From Dehalococcoidia bacterium (GTDB lineage: Bacteria > Chloroflexota > Dehalococcoidia > Lucifugimonadales > CAZENU01), in NCBI GenBank assembly GCA_965117035.1, contig OZ220748.1, positions 815,992-879,991 on the forward strand: 64,000 bases of DNA. The letters run 5' to 3'. The notes under the pieces were generated by a model, which worked only from the letters and a program-made list of their open reading frames with translations, was not told where the DNA came from and did no database searches. Position numbers and translations under genes: made by a program. Within the stretch, counting starts at the first letter, position 1. Each line of letters opens with the position of its first letter. Shown here piece after piece: positions 1-8,724 of this stretch.

Positions 1-570
1 GAGCTTTTCCGGATCACCGGCCTGCTCCACCCGGCCATCCCGATGCACTGGGTCGCCGGCAACCACGACATCGTCGGCGAGCTCACGCCCGAGTCGCTGG
101 CGACGTACCGGCAGCGCTTCGGCGACGACGATTACCTCTTCGACCACGGCGGCAGCAGGTTCGTCGTGCTGGACAGCAACATCGCCTACGACCCGACCCA
201 CGTCCCCGACGAGTGGGAGCGGCAGGTCGACTTCCTGCGCGACGCCCTCGCGGAGGCCCGGCGGCGAGACAGCGACCACGTGGTCGTCTTCACCCACCAC
301 CCGCTGTTCCTCAGCCAGCACGACGAGCCCGACGGTATCTTCGCCATCCCGCAGGTCCGCAGGCGCGTCCTGCTCGACCTGCTGACCTCCTACGGCGCCA
401 CGGCCATGTTCTCAGGCCACTACCACCGCAACAGCTACGCGTCGTACCAGGGATTCGAGATGGTGACCTCGGGCGCCGTCGGCTACCCGATGGGGGAAAG
501 CCAGTCCGGCTACCGTACGGTGCAGGTCCACGCCGACCGCCTGGAGCACGAGTATCACGCGCTGGAGTGA
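1..570 (+). CDS. calcineurin-like metallophosphoesterase, 5' end outside window
   Basis: Frame is open from base 1 into track ORF 43..570; GNHD, VVFTHHP and GHYH metal-ligand motifs of the metallophosphoesterase fold. Confidence 0.8.
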   Translation, partial: ELFRITGLLHPAIPMHWVAGNHDIVGELTPESLATYRQRFGDDDYLFDHGGSRFVVLDSNIAYDPTHVPDEWERQVDFLRDALAEARRRDSDHVVVFTHHPLFLSQHDEPDGIFAIPQVRRRVLLDLLTSYGATAMFSGHYHRNSYASYQGFEMVTSGAVGYPMGESQSGYRTVQVHADRLEHEYHALE

Positions 571-615
571 ACGCCGGTACCGTCAAACTACAATAGCGCC
601 CCTTTTTGGGCGGAC

Positions 616-760
616 GGTATCGAAGAACGGCCCCGGCGTTCGTGTGCGCCCCTCGTTACGCGCCGCTCAAGGCAGCGGCGCTACTCGGGGTGAACGGGCT
701 CGTTTGGGCGACGAGTCCCGAGAGCGGTGATGCCTGGGGTGAACGGGTCACCTCGGGGGG
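616..760 (+). repeat. degenerate copy of dispersed intergenic repeat family R3
   Basis: Shares blocks GTATCGAAG / GCGCCCCTCG(T/A)TACGC / CTACTCGGGGTGAACGGG with 16806-16875, 39111-39287(-) and 52394-52553; GGGGTGAACGGG occurs twice here (about 686 and 736). Confidence 0.5.
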
Positions 761-801
761 CGAGGTGGGGAAGGCAGGCGTATTGCGACCCTGAGCAGTG
801 G

Positions 802-1038
802 TCAGAACTGTGGACACGTCCTGTGCACCTGGAGCTCCTGCAGGTCCTTGAGCTCGCCCCTGGCCCTGGCCTCCAACGCCTCGGCTGCCAGGGCATCGAG
901 CTTGCCAGCCTTCACGTCCTCGTCGAACTCCATGTCCCATCGCTCCCAGTCCTCGTCCAGCAACCAGCCGCGCAACTCGGCGTACTCTGCCTCGGACAGG
1001 CCCATAATGACCTTTTGCAGATCAGACACGGTCGTCAT
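802..1038 (-). CDS. small acidic hypothetical protein (78 aa), antitoxin-like helical protein
   Basis: Track ORF 802..1071; internal ATG at 1038 is preceded by GGGGGAGGA-cact; sequence MTTVSDLQKVIMGLSEAEYAELRGWLLDEDWERWDMEFDEDVKAGKLDALAAEA... is acidic and coiled; no family motif I can name with certainty. Confidence 0.5.
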   Translation of the reverse strand: MTTVSDLQKVIMGLSEAEYAELRGWLLDEDWERWDMEFDEDVKAGKLDALAAEALEARARGELKDLQELQVHRTCPQF

Positions 1039-1080
1039 AGTGTCCTCCCCCAGACCCTCCCGAGACGGCACGGGCGCGGT

Positions 1081-1167
1081 ATTGCAGGGACAGGGCGGGA
1101 TGGAAACCCGCCCCTACGAGGTGATGGCGGTAGACATGACATTGAGTATGGAGGTGGGGAATCTGGG
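1081..1167 (+). repeat. dispersed ~87-nt element R2, copy A
   Basis: About 90% identical to 19617-19703: ATTGC(A/G)GGGAC(A/G)GGGCGGG(A/T)TGGAAACC(C)GCCCCTACGAGGTGATGGC(T)GGTAGA(C/T)ATGACATTGA(G/A)T(A/G)TGGAGGTGGGGAATC(T/C)GGG; contains hairpin GGGCGGG-loop-CCCGCCC. Confidence 0.8.
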
Positions 1168-1185
1168 TTCCCTCGTGTCATTGCC

Positions 1186-2241
1186 CTATGTCACGTCCGG
1201 CGTTGGGACTCCTAGCTCCGCTGCTACGTCGACGAGGGTCTGCCAGACCTCGTCGGGGATGGGGATGCCGTCGCGGGAGCGCTTTTGGCGGGCGCGGGCT
1301 TCGAGGTCGCCTGGGACGAGCACCTCGTCGACGCCCGCGGCGGGCGGGACGGCGTTGACCTGGCGCTTGAGCTCGTCGGCGCGGCGTGCGAAGTCGGCCA
1401 TCGGCTGGAACAGGTCGGCCCTGAAGACGATCATGGTGACGCCCTGGCGGCGCATCAGCGGCCCGCCGCGCTCGCCTTCGACGTAGTCGTCGGCGCCGGA
1501 CAGCACCCTGCCGATGAACTCGTTCGCCAGCATGAAGGCGTAGCCCTTGTGGCCGCCGAACGCGACCATGCCGCCGCGCTTCGGGTAGCCGATCGGGTTG
1601 GTCGTCGGCCGGCCCTCATCGTCGACGAGGGCGCCGGGCGGCACCTGCTCGCCCTTCAGCGCCGCGACCCGCGCCTTGGAGCCCGCGATGGTCGTCGTCG
1701 CGAAGTCCATGACCATGGGCGTCTCGTCGCCGGCCGGCACGCCTATGGAGATGGGGTTGGTGTGGAGCAGCGGCTTGCGTCCGCCGTACGGCACGGCGAC
1801 CGGCTCCTCGGAGCCGTAGCCGGACGCCCACACCATGGCGACCATGCCCTCCGCTACAGCCATCTCGGAGTACTCGCCCAGCCGGCCGATGTGCGTCGCC
1901 CGCACCATGCTTACCGTCGCCACGTTCTGCTCGCGCGCCTTGGCGATCGCCACGTCCATCGCGAACTTCGCGACGACGTGCCCGAACGCCCAGTTGCCGG
2001 AGACGAGCGCGGAGGTGGGCGTCTCTGAGACGATCTCCGGCCACGCGGTCGCGTCGCAGACGCCATCCCTGATCTCGGTCACGTAGCGCGGCAGGTGGAA
2101 GACGCCGTGGGTGTCGACGCCGCTGAGGTTGGACAGCACCAGCGCGTCGGCGACGCGGGCGGCGTTGCGCTCGTCGGCGCCGGCCGCGAGCAGCACGCGT
2201 CGCGTCAGGTCGTGAAGGTCGTCGGCGGCAATGGTCGGCAT
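1186..2241 (-). CDS. Ldh_2 family (malate/L-lactate/sulfolactate dehydrogenase-like) oxidoreductase
   Basis: Track ORF 1186..2271; ATG at 2241 preceded by GGGAGA; N-terminus MPTIAADDLHDLTRRVLLAAGADERNAARVADALVLSNLSGVDTHGVFHLPRYV is typical of the Ldh_2 family. Confidence 0.85.
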   Translation of the reverse strand: MPTIAADDLHDLTRRVLLAAGADERNAARVADALVLSNLSGVDTHGVFHLPRYVTEIRDGVCDATAWPEIVSETPTSALVSGNWAFGHVVAKFAMDVAIAKAREQNVATVSMVRATHIGRLGEYSEMAVAEGMVAMVWASGYGSEEPVAVPYGGRKPLLHTNPISIGVPAGDETPMVMDFATTTIAGSKARVAALKGEQVPPGALVDDEGRPTTNPIGYPKRGGMVAFGGHKGYAFMLANEFIGRVLSGADDYVEGERGGPLMRRQGVTMIVFRADLFQPMADFARRADELKRQVNAVPPAAGVDEVLVPGDLEARARQKRSRDGIPIPDEVWQTLVDVAAELGVPTPDVT

Positions 2242-2337
2242 GTCTCGTCTCCCGCGTGCGGCCGGTCTCAACGAGCCGGCCGTTGTGTTTCCGGCAAGGA
2301 TACAGGGTTTCCGGAGACGCCGCGCCGACGGCCGGCG

Positions 2338-3219
2338 TTACGACAGGCCGAGCAGCTCCAGGGAGTCCCGCTGGATGATCGCCTCGAGCGCGTCCGGGGG
2401 CACCTCCGGCAGGTGGTGCTGCGACGCGAACCTGTTGAAGTCCCGCAGGCTGACTATCGCCTCTTCGGGGTCGGTGACGGGCCAGTCGGACGCGTACAGC
2501 AGCTTGGGGAAGACCGACCACTCCCAGGCGAGGCGCAGACCGCTGTACATCGACCAGGGCCTGTAGAGCAGGCCCGACAGGTCGGCGTAGACGTTCGAGT
2601 GCTTGCGAATGACCGCGATGCAGTCGGCGAACCAGGGGTGCGCGAGGTGCGCCATCACGACGACCAAGTCCGGGAACGCCATGGCGATCTCGTCCATCGC
2701 CAGCGGATGGGCGAATCGCAGCGGGGCGGTTGGCGTCGGCGCGGTCCCCTGGTGGAAGACGATGGGCAGGCCGTTGCGCTGCGCGTAGTCGTACACGCGC
2801 TTCGCCGGCTCGCCCATCGGCTCGAAGGTCTGGTAGCTCGGCGCCAGCTTGATGCCACGCAGTCCCAGGTCGTGGACGCAGCGCTCCATCTCGTCCATGA
2901 CGTCTTCGGCCTCCGGGTGCACGGACATGAAGCCGATGACCTTCTCCGGGTACCGCGCGGCGAGCGCGGCCGCCACGTCGTTCATGCCCTTCCCGTAGGC
3001 GGGGCCGAGCCTGGCGAGTCTCTCCGTCTCCGGGCCCGGACGGGGCATGAGCCCGAACGCGATGGCCTTGTCGACCGGCTTCATCGCGCGGATGTAGTCC
3101 TCGAACCCGTGCTGCATGCGCACCGGCCGGTCTGGCCGTATCACGTCGTTGTACTCCGCCTCGTCGTCGGGAATTGCCTCGACGTGCGACGGCAGGTGCG
3201 TGTGCACGTCGACGATCAT
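2338..3219 (-). CDS. amidohydrolase-2 family metal-dependent hydrolase
   Basis: MIVDVHTHLP N-terminal HxH metal motif, TIM-barrel amidohydrolase-like length; GAGGAG RBS 6 nt upstream of ATG. Confidence 0.85.
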   Translation of the reverse strand: MIVDVHTHLPSHVEAIPDDEAEYNDVIRPDRPVRMQHGFEDYIRAMKPVDKAIAFGLMPRPGPETERLARLGPAYGKGMNDVAAALAARYPEKVIGFMSVHPEAEDVMDEMERCVHDLGLRGIKLAPSYQTFEPMGEPAKRVYDYAQRNGLPIVFHQGTAPTPTAPLRFAHPLAMDEIAMAFPDLVVVMAHLAHPWFADCIAVIRKHSNVYADLSGLLYRPWSMYSGLRLAWEWSVFPKLLYASDWPVTDPEEAIVSLRDFNRFASQHHLPEVPPDALEAIIQRDSLELLGLS

Positions 3220-3245
3220 GGCTGACTCCTCTCAGTCCCCGGCGG

Positions 3246-4283
3246 CTACGGGTCCGCCTGGAACTCCGCTATCGTCTCTCCCAAAGCGGCTGACCACCTC
3301 GCGGCCAGCGCGGTCTCCCTGGCGCGATGCTCGTAGTCGGCCGAGTCGCTGCCGGCGTACGACTGCCTGTACCAGTCGACCGTCTTCTTCATCCACGCGT
3401 CGACGGGCGTCGTCGTGAACCCGAAGTCGCGCTCCGCCTTGGACAGGTCGTGGACGTACGGGTAGGACTTGCACAGCGGCGGCAGGTAGCCCCTGAGCGC
3501 ATCGTCCTTGTCGATGACCGCGCGCGGCACCGAGGCTATCGACCCGGACGTCCCTGCCGCCTTCCACACGGCGTCCGCCCAGCGCTGCGGCGTCATGATC
3601 TCCTGCATGGCGATGTGGTACGTCTGGTTGGCGGCCGCCGGGCTTGCGATTGCGCGGAGCCAGTTGTCGGCCGCGTCCTCCGAGTAGAGCGTGCGGAAGG
3701 CCGAGTGCTCCTCGGCCGGCACGACGATGGGCCCGCCGTCGAGCGCGCGCTGGACCCACCACCACATGCGCAGCGTCTCGTCGTCCCAGCCCATCGTCGC
3801 GGGGATGCGCACTATCGTGTACGGCACCCTGCTGTTCTCGGTCAGCCACTTTTCGCAGTGGCGCTTGCCGACGCCGTACGGGTCCTCGCCCTCCGGGTAG
3901 TCGTAGCTTGTCGTCGACCAGTCGACGACATCCTCCCGGAACGGCACGTGGTCCCAGAAGTCCACGATGCCGCCCAGGTAAACCGAGCCGGTGCTGACGA
4001 ACAGGTAGCGGCCGGCGCTGCCCTCCAGGGCGCGCACGGCCGTCTCCACGTCCTCGCGCCTGTAGGCCTGCGTGTCGATCACGGCGTCGAAGCTCCTGCC
4101 GCGCAGCTTCGCCCGCAGGTCCGCAGCGTCGGTCCTGTCGCCGATGATGTGGTCGACGCGGTCCCACCAGCCGGGCCGGTTGTTGCCCCTGCTGTAGACG
4201 GTCACTTCGTCGCCGCGCCCGAGCAGGCGCTCGACGACGATGCGGCCTATGTAGCGGGTCCCGCCGATGACGAGGTATCTCAC
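3246..4283 (-). CDS. NAD-dependent epimerase/dehydratase family protein
   Basis: GTG start with AAGGAG RBS; N-terminal Rossmann motif VIGGTRYIGRIVVERLL (GxxGxxG). Confidence 0.85.
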   Translation of the reverse strand: MRYLVIGGTRYIGRIVVERLLGRGDEVTVYSRGNNRPGWWDRVDHIIGDRTDAADLRAKLRGRSFDAVIDTQAYRREDVETAVRALEGSAGRYLFVSTGSVYLGGIVDFWDHVPFREDVVDWSTTSYDYPEGEDPYGVGKRHCEKWLTENSRVPYTIVRIPATMGWDDETLRMWWWVQRALDGGPIVVPAEEHSAFRTLYSEDAADNWLRAIASPAAANQTYHIAMQEIMTPQRWADAVWKAAGTSGSIASVPRAVIDKDDALRGYLPPLCKSYPYVHDLSKAERDFGFTTTPVDAWMKKTVDWYRQSYAGSDSADYEHRARETALAARWSAALGETIAEFQADP

Positions 4284-4301
4284 TGCCGTGGCTCCTTGGT
4301 C

Positions 4302-5456
4302 TCAAGCAGTACGGCGAACGAGCGGCTGGCCGCTCCGGTAGGTGGCGACTCGCCACAGCCACTCCGCGGGACCGAACAGGAAGCGGCCCAGCCACGCCTG
4401 CGACCACCATAGCTGCAGCGCCCACACGGCGACCACGAACAGCAGCACCAGGCTCCGGTTTACGAAATCGACGTCGCCCAGCAGGGTCGTCAGGACGAGC
4501 ACGCCCAGCACCGTCTGCGCCAGGTAGTTTGTCAACGCCATCCGCCCGACCGCGCGCAGCCGCCGCTTCAGCCGGTCGTCCGGGCGGTTATTCCACAGGA
4601 TGATGAGGCTCATGTACCCCAGCGCGGCGGGAATCGTGCCGACCGTGTTGGGAATCTGGCCGACGAACGCGACTTCGCGCGAGTAGTCGTTCACCGCGGT
4701 GATGATGACGCCGGCGGCGGCGAGCGGCAGGCCTACGGCGAGACCGACGGCCGCGGTAAGGCGGTACGTCCTCGCCGAGAAGCCGCCGTTCATGAACCCG
4801 ACGCGGTACAGGCCGGCGCCGACGAGGATCAGCCCCAGCCCGCGCAGGAAGTAGCCTGCCAGGAAGGGCAGCCAGATGGGGTCCTCCACGTCGGCCTCGC
4901 CCGGCGTCCACAGGCCGGAGAGCGACCTCTCGGGCGCGTTGGCCATGTCCTGCATGACCAGTGTGAAGCCGATGGACAGCGCGAACACGGCGGCCCCTAC
5001 CGCGACAAGCATCCAGCTCGGCAGGCCTCGCAGCGCGATCAGGAAGAGCGACGACAGCGCGTAGACGGTGAGTACGTCGCCGTCCCAGAGCAGGAAGTGG
5101 AAGACTCCGATCACGAACAACAGCGCGTTGCGCCACAGGTTCAGCAGGACGGCGCGCGCCCCTTTTTCCCTGGCGCGGTCGATGAAGAGGACCATGCCCG
5201 CGCCGAACAGCAGCGAGAACAGCCCCATGAACTTCTGGTCGACGAACACCTCGCCGAAGATGCCGACGGCCCAGTCGAGCCACGTCTCCGAGCCGCCCGC
5301 GCTGAGGTTGAGGTACGGCGCGGTCTCGAACCTGATGGAGACGGCGTTCATCAGCAGGATGCCGAGCACCGCCACCCCGCGCACCAGGTCGAGGCTCGTT
5401 ATCCGCGCCGACTCGCGAACCGGCCCGGAATCGGGTCCCTGGGGACTTGCTGACAA
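4302..5456 (-). CDS. DUF418/YeiB-like polytopic membrane protein
   Basis: SLDLVRGVAVLGILLMN opening and many hydrophobic segments. The longest ORF (to 5606) would overlap the upstream gene by 98 nt; an in-frame TTG at 5456 preceded by GAGGAG (9 nt) is preferred. Confidence 0.75.
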   Translation of the reverse strand: MSASPQGPDSGPVRESARITSLDLVRGVAVLGILLMNAVSIRFETAPYLNLSAGGSETWLDWAVGIFGEVFVDQKFMGLFSLLFGAGMVLFIDRAREKGARAVLLNLWRNALLFVIGVFHFLLWDGDVLTVYALSSLFLIALRGLPSWMLVAVGAAVFALSIGFTLVMQDMANAPERSLSGLWTPGEADVEDPIWLPFLAGYFLRGLGLILVGAGLYRVGFMNGGFSARTYRLTAAVGLAVGLPLAAAGVIITAVNDYSREVAFVGQIPNTVGTIPAALGYMSLIILWNNRPDDRLKRRLRAVGRMALTNYLAQTVLGVLVLTTLLGDVDFVNRSLVLLFVVAVWALQLWWSQAWLGRFLFGPAEWLWRVATYRSGQPLVRRTA

Positions 5457-5508
5457 CTGGTCCGGCTCCTCGTGTAAAGGGCTCAGGACTGGAGAGGACC
5501 GGGCCCGA

Positions 5509-6561
5509 TCAGTGCAGGTCCATCTTGAAGCCGCGGTCCGCCTCGGGGATCGGGAGGGCCACGGGGCTGCCGCCCGCCTGCGACGACAGGTGGAAGCCGG
5601 TGACAATCTCCAGCGCTTTCATCCCGTCCTCGCCGGACGACGTGGGCTCCGCGCCGCTATCGATGCACTCCATCAGCTCGCGGTAGCCGATCATCTCGGC
5701 CTCGCCTATGACGAGCGGCGGCGTCTCGAGGGTGCGCGTGGTCACCGGACCGCTGCTGCGCATGTCGTTCGAGTCCTGGTCGCGCGCCCGGTACAGCACG
5801 TCGTCCTCGTCGATCTCGAACAGGTCGATCCGGCCGCGGGAGCCGCAGAACATGTGCGTGTGTGCGAGCAGCACGTCGGGCATGCAGTAGACCATGTGCC
5901 GGTAGCCGTTGGCGTATTTCACGTGCCCCAGGGCGCCGGGGTCCCTGCTCATCCGCAGCTCCAGCGACTCGTTGAAGGCGGTGTTCTCGCGGTCTGTGCC
6001 GTAGTGGACGGAGCCTGTCACCTCCACCGGCGCGCTGTCGATCACGAAGCCGATCATGTCGAAGAAGTGAGTGCCGTTGGAGCCGATGCGTCCGGCGGTC
6101 CAGTACGACAGGCCATGTGTCGGCCGGCCGATGGCGCCGTCCGCGATGGCGTCCCTGATGGCGATGAACCGTGGAGTCCAGCGGCGCTGGTGTCCGATGG
6201 CGAGCTTGGTGTTTCCCGCCCTGCACTGCTCGAGCATGGCGTCGGCCTCGACGAGCGAGTTGGCGATGGGCTTCTCCATGTAGATGCCGCGCACGCCGCT
6301 CGCCGCCACGTCGCGCACGATTGGCGGCCTGAACGAGGCGCCCGTGCCGATGACGACGATGTCCAGCTCCTCGGCGTCGAGCATCTCCTCGTGCCTGCCG
6401 TAGACGGAGATGCCCGGGAACTCCGTGCGGGCGTCCTCCAGGTGCTCGGGCACCATGTCGGCCATGGCGACCAACTCCGCCCCCTCCACGTCCGGCCAGT
6501 ACGAGGCGAGCTGTCGCCCGCGGCCCCTGTAGCCTACCTGCCCGACTCGAATCTCAGACAT
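5509..6561 (-). CDS. Gfo/Idh/MocA family oxidoreductase
   Basis: N-terminal Rossmann segment IRVGQVGYRGRG, 350 aa, GGAGGGGG RBS before the ATG at 6561. Confidence 0.9.
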   Translation of the reverse strand: MSEIRVGQVGYRGRGRQLASYWPDVEGAELVAMADMVPEHLEDARTEFPGISVYGRHEEMLDAEELDIVVIGTGASFRPPIVRDVAASGVRGIYMEKPIANSLVEADAMLEQCRAGNTKLAIGHQRRWTPRFIAIRDAIADGAIGRPTHGLSYWTAGRIGSNGTHFFDMIGFVIDSAPVEVTGSVHYGTDRENTAFNESLELRMSRDPGALGHVKYANGYRHMVYCMPDVLLAHTHMFCGSRGRIDLFEIDEDDVLYRARDQDSNDMRSSGPVTTRTLETPPLVIGEAEMIGYRELMECIDSGAEPTSSGEDGMKALEIVTGFHLSSQAGGSPVALPIPEADRGFKMDLH

Positions 6562-6664
6562 GCGGCACCCCCTCCGATGCGTGATTCAGTGCTGCCGGCC
6601 CCGGCGGCGGTTCGTGCCGCCTCGGACGAGAGGATATCCTGCCGGCCCGCCGCTGCCAAGCGCC
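6562..6664. promoter_or_regulatory. shared divergent-leader element R5, copy 1 (contains 10-bp palindrome AGGATATCCT)
   Basis: About 70% identical to 7484-7586; conserved blocks CCCCCTCC, GTGAT(T/A)CAGTGC, GGAC(G)AGAGGATATCC, GCCA(A)GCG; sits between Gfo/Idh/MocA (-) and RidA (+). Confidence 0.45.
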
Positions 6665-6797
6665 TGTAGGCCCCACGGCATTGCGGACCCGTGCCCCTGC
6701 TGGGACAATCTGCCCACGCCCTCACTTCGAGTCCATGCCAGGACGCCTGCCTGGCGCATGGCATGGCCGACTACAAAAGACAGGGCTGGAGGGACCG

Positions 6798-7193
6798 TTG
6801 CCAATCACCCGGAACAACCACGAGGAAATATATCCGGCACGTCCGCACTACGTCCGCGCGATTCGCGCGGGGAATACGCTATACCTCTCCGGATGCACCG
6901 CGCACAACTCCGACGCCGAGGGCGGTCCCATACTCGAGCAGCTCCGCGTCACCCTGGACCGCATCGTGCGCATCGTGGAGGCGGAAGGCGGCTCCGCCTC
7001 CAGCATCGTGGCCATGACGACCTACGTCACCGACATGGCCAGCATGTGGCCGGTCGAGGGCGAACAGCTGCGCATCTGGGAGCACTTCTTCAAGGGCGAC
7101 TGGCCGACGAACTCCTACATCGGGGTCACCGCGTTCGCCGAGCCGGGACTGGACGTCGAGATCACCGCCACCGCGGTCCTCGGAGACGAGTAG
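6798..7193 (+). CDS. RidA/YjgF/TdcF family reactive-intermediate deaminase
   Basis: GNTLYLSGCTA ... ITATAVL core typical of RidA. TTG at 6798 (GGAGGGA 3-4 nt upstream) gives a canonical 131 aa; alternative upstream starts at 6681 and 6735. Confidence 0.8.
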   Translation: MPITRNNHEEIYPARPHYVRAIRAGNTLYLSGCTAHNSDAEGGPILEQLRVTLDRIVRIVEAEGGSASSIVAMTTYVTDMASMWPVEGEQLRIWEHFFKGDWPTNSYIGVTAFAEPGLDVEITATAVLGDE

Positions 7194-7257
7194 CGGCAGT
7201 CTCGCGGCCGGAGTCGCCATAGTGGGGAAGCGCATCAACCCCGCACGGCGCAACTGT

Positions 7258-7485
7258 TCAGAGTTGGGACGCACGCGACCCTGCCGCCAGGGAACGTCTG
7301 AACCGTGATCCGTGTGATTCGGTGATTGGGATGAGAGGGAGACGACAGGCGGAATGGCCCGCGTTCCTCTCAGCAACTCCAAACGGCGACTCCACACCGA
7401 ATCGGAGATGCTGCGTGCACGCGCCCGACCGAGTCGTCCTCGAACCGAGGGCGACCTCGGGTTGGCGACGCTTCCTGGGTGACAC
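7258..7485 (-). other. 75-codon ORF behind the second R5 leader; possible gene remnant, coding status doubtful
   Basis: GTG start preceded by GGAGGGGGAG, in the same arrangement as the Gfo/Idh/MocA start; product is Arg/Ser-rich with no recognisable motif. Confidence 0.2.
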
Positions 7486-7586
7486 GGCTCCCCCTCCATT
7501 GTGTGATACAGTGCGGTCGCAGCGGCCGTCCCGGCAACCTGTGCCATATCGGACAGAGGATATCCCGCTGGCCCACTGCCAGGCGA
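7484..7586. promoter_or_regulatory. shared divergent-leader element R5, copy 2
   Basis: Homologous to 6562-6664 (AGGATATCCC here); lies 34 nt upstream of the first MDR paralog start. Confidence 0.45.
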
Positions 7587-7619
7587 CGCAGGCGTCGCAC
7601 CCATCGAGGAGGCACCAAC

Positions 7620-8642
7620 ATGGCAGAGACGGGCAGGATGCTGTCGGTGGTCGATGGCGAGCGGGTCGTCGTCGAGACGTACGATGTCCCGGAGCCGGGG
7701 CCCGGCGAGGTGCTGGTCAGGGTCAACCGCACCCAGGTCAGCGCCGGCAGCGAGAAGGGACGGTTCCGCGGCGCCTCCGCGCCCGACCCGCGGACGCCCC
7801 TCGGCTACTACCCGGAGCCGCCCGGATACACCGCCGCGGGACGCGTGCAGGCGGTCGGGCCCGGCGTGGAGGGATTCGAGACCGGCGACAGGGTGTTCGC
7901 CTTCGGCAGGCACCAGTCTCACCTGCTTGCACAGGTCGACCGCTACGGGGACGCCGGGTTGCGAAAGAACGTGCAGCGCATCGAATACGACGTCACCGAC
8001 GAGCAGGCGTGCCTGTCGCGGCTCGGAGACGTAGCGCTGCACAGCGTCAGGCGCGCGGAGCTGCAGCCCGACGAGGCGGTCGCTGTATTCGGACAGGGCG
8101 TCGTCGGACAGCTCATCGCGGCGTTCGCCCGCGTCTCCGGCGCGTACCCCATCATCGCGGTGGACCTGGACGACGGCAGGCTCGAGCTGTCGAAGACCAG
8201 CGGCGCGACGCACACCGTGAACGCCGCGAAGGAGAACGCCGTGGAGGCCGTGGAGGCGATCACGGGAGGCGGGGCCGAGTGCGTCTTCCACGCCAACAGG
8301 GAGGCGCAGGTGCTCGCAGAGTGCGTCGACGCGGCCGGCTACGGCGGCAAGGTCATTCTCGTCGGCGCGACGCGCGGGCCCGCCAGCATCTACCTGAACA
8401 AGCTGCTGGTGCGCGAGATAGACCTCCGCGGGTCGCACTTCGTCAGCGACGTCCAGCAGCGCTACTGGAAGTGGACGACATCCCGCGACCGCAACGCCAT
8501 CCTGCGCATGATCGCCCACGGCGACATCAGCGTGGACCACCTGATCAGCCACGTCCTCAGGCCCGAGCAGGGTGACGAGGCCTACCAGCGCATCGTCGCG
8601 GGCCCAGAGGGCTGGATGGGCGTATTCTTCGCCTGGGACTGA
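7620..8642 (+). CDS. MDR-superfamily (zinc-type alcohol dehydrogenase-like) oxidoreductase, paralog 1 of 3
   Basis: ATG at 7620 after GAGGAGG; GroES-like N-domain (PGPGEVLVRVNRTQVSAGSE), Rossmann GQGVVGQL, 340 aa; N-terminus MAETGRMLSVVDGERVV shared by all three paralogs. Confidence 0.9.
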   Translation: MAETGRMLSVVDGERVVVETYDVPEPGPGEVLVRVNRTQVSAGSEKGRFRGASAPDPRTPLGYYPEPPGYTAAGRVQAVGPGVEGFETGDRVFAFGRHQSHLLAQVDRYGDAGLRKNVQRIEYDVTDEQACLSRLGDVALHSVRRAELQPDEAVAVFGQGVVGQLIAAFARVSGAYPIIAVDLDDGRLELSKTSGATHTVNAAKENAVEAVEAITGGGAECVFHANREAQVLAECVDAAGYGGKVILVGATRGPASIYLNKLLVREIDLRGSHFVSDVQQRYWKWTTSRDRNAILRMIAHGDISVDHLISHVLRPEQGDEAYQRIVAGPEGWMGVFFAWD

Positions 8643-8724
8643 CGCCATACGGGCAGCCGGACGGCGACAGGACTGGATGCGTGGATCCCAGAGGACTGGA
8701 GGCGGCGGAGGCGACCCGGAAAGG

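Noticed and set aside
213-940. Overlapping alternative-frame ORFs at the left edge (213..596 +, 311..586 -, 606..794 +, 656..940 -, 681..896 -)
   Set aside because: They are either out of frame within the metallophosphoesterase gene or are translations of the R3 repeat copy. None has a start context or motif.
7200-7480. Possible riboswitch or structured leader between RidA and the first MDR gene
   Set aside because: Local stems exist (GTTCAGA...TCTGAAC, CCCTG...CAGGG) and there is a GCTGAGAGG string on the minus strand. However, I could not align the region to TPP, cobalamin, SAM or other riboswitch cores from memory. It is left as unexplained spacer with the R5 module at its right end.
6879-8648. 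589-aa minus-strand ORF and similar long antisense ORFs (9117..10250 -, 11359..12690 -, 19781..21775 -, 35018..36799 +, 36809..38638 +, 37359..38846 -, 43186..45165 +, 45473..47821 +, 47905..49944 +, 50808..52055 +, 52935..54740 +, 57888..59246 +)
   Set aside because: Each lies opposite a gene with clear family motifs. Their products are low-complexity R/G/P/A/D-rich strings typical of stop-codon-poor antisense frames in high-GC DNA.
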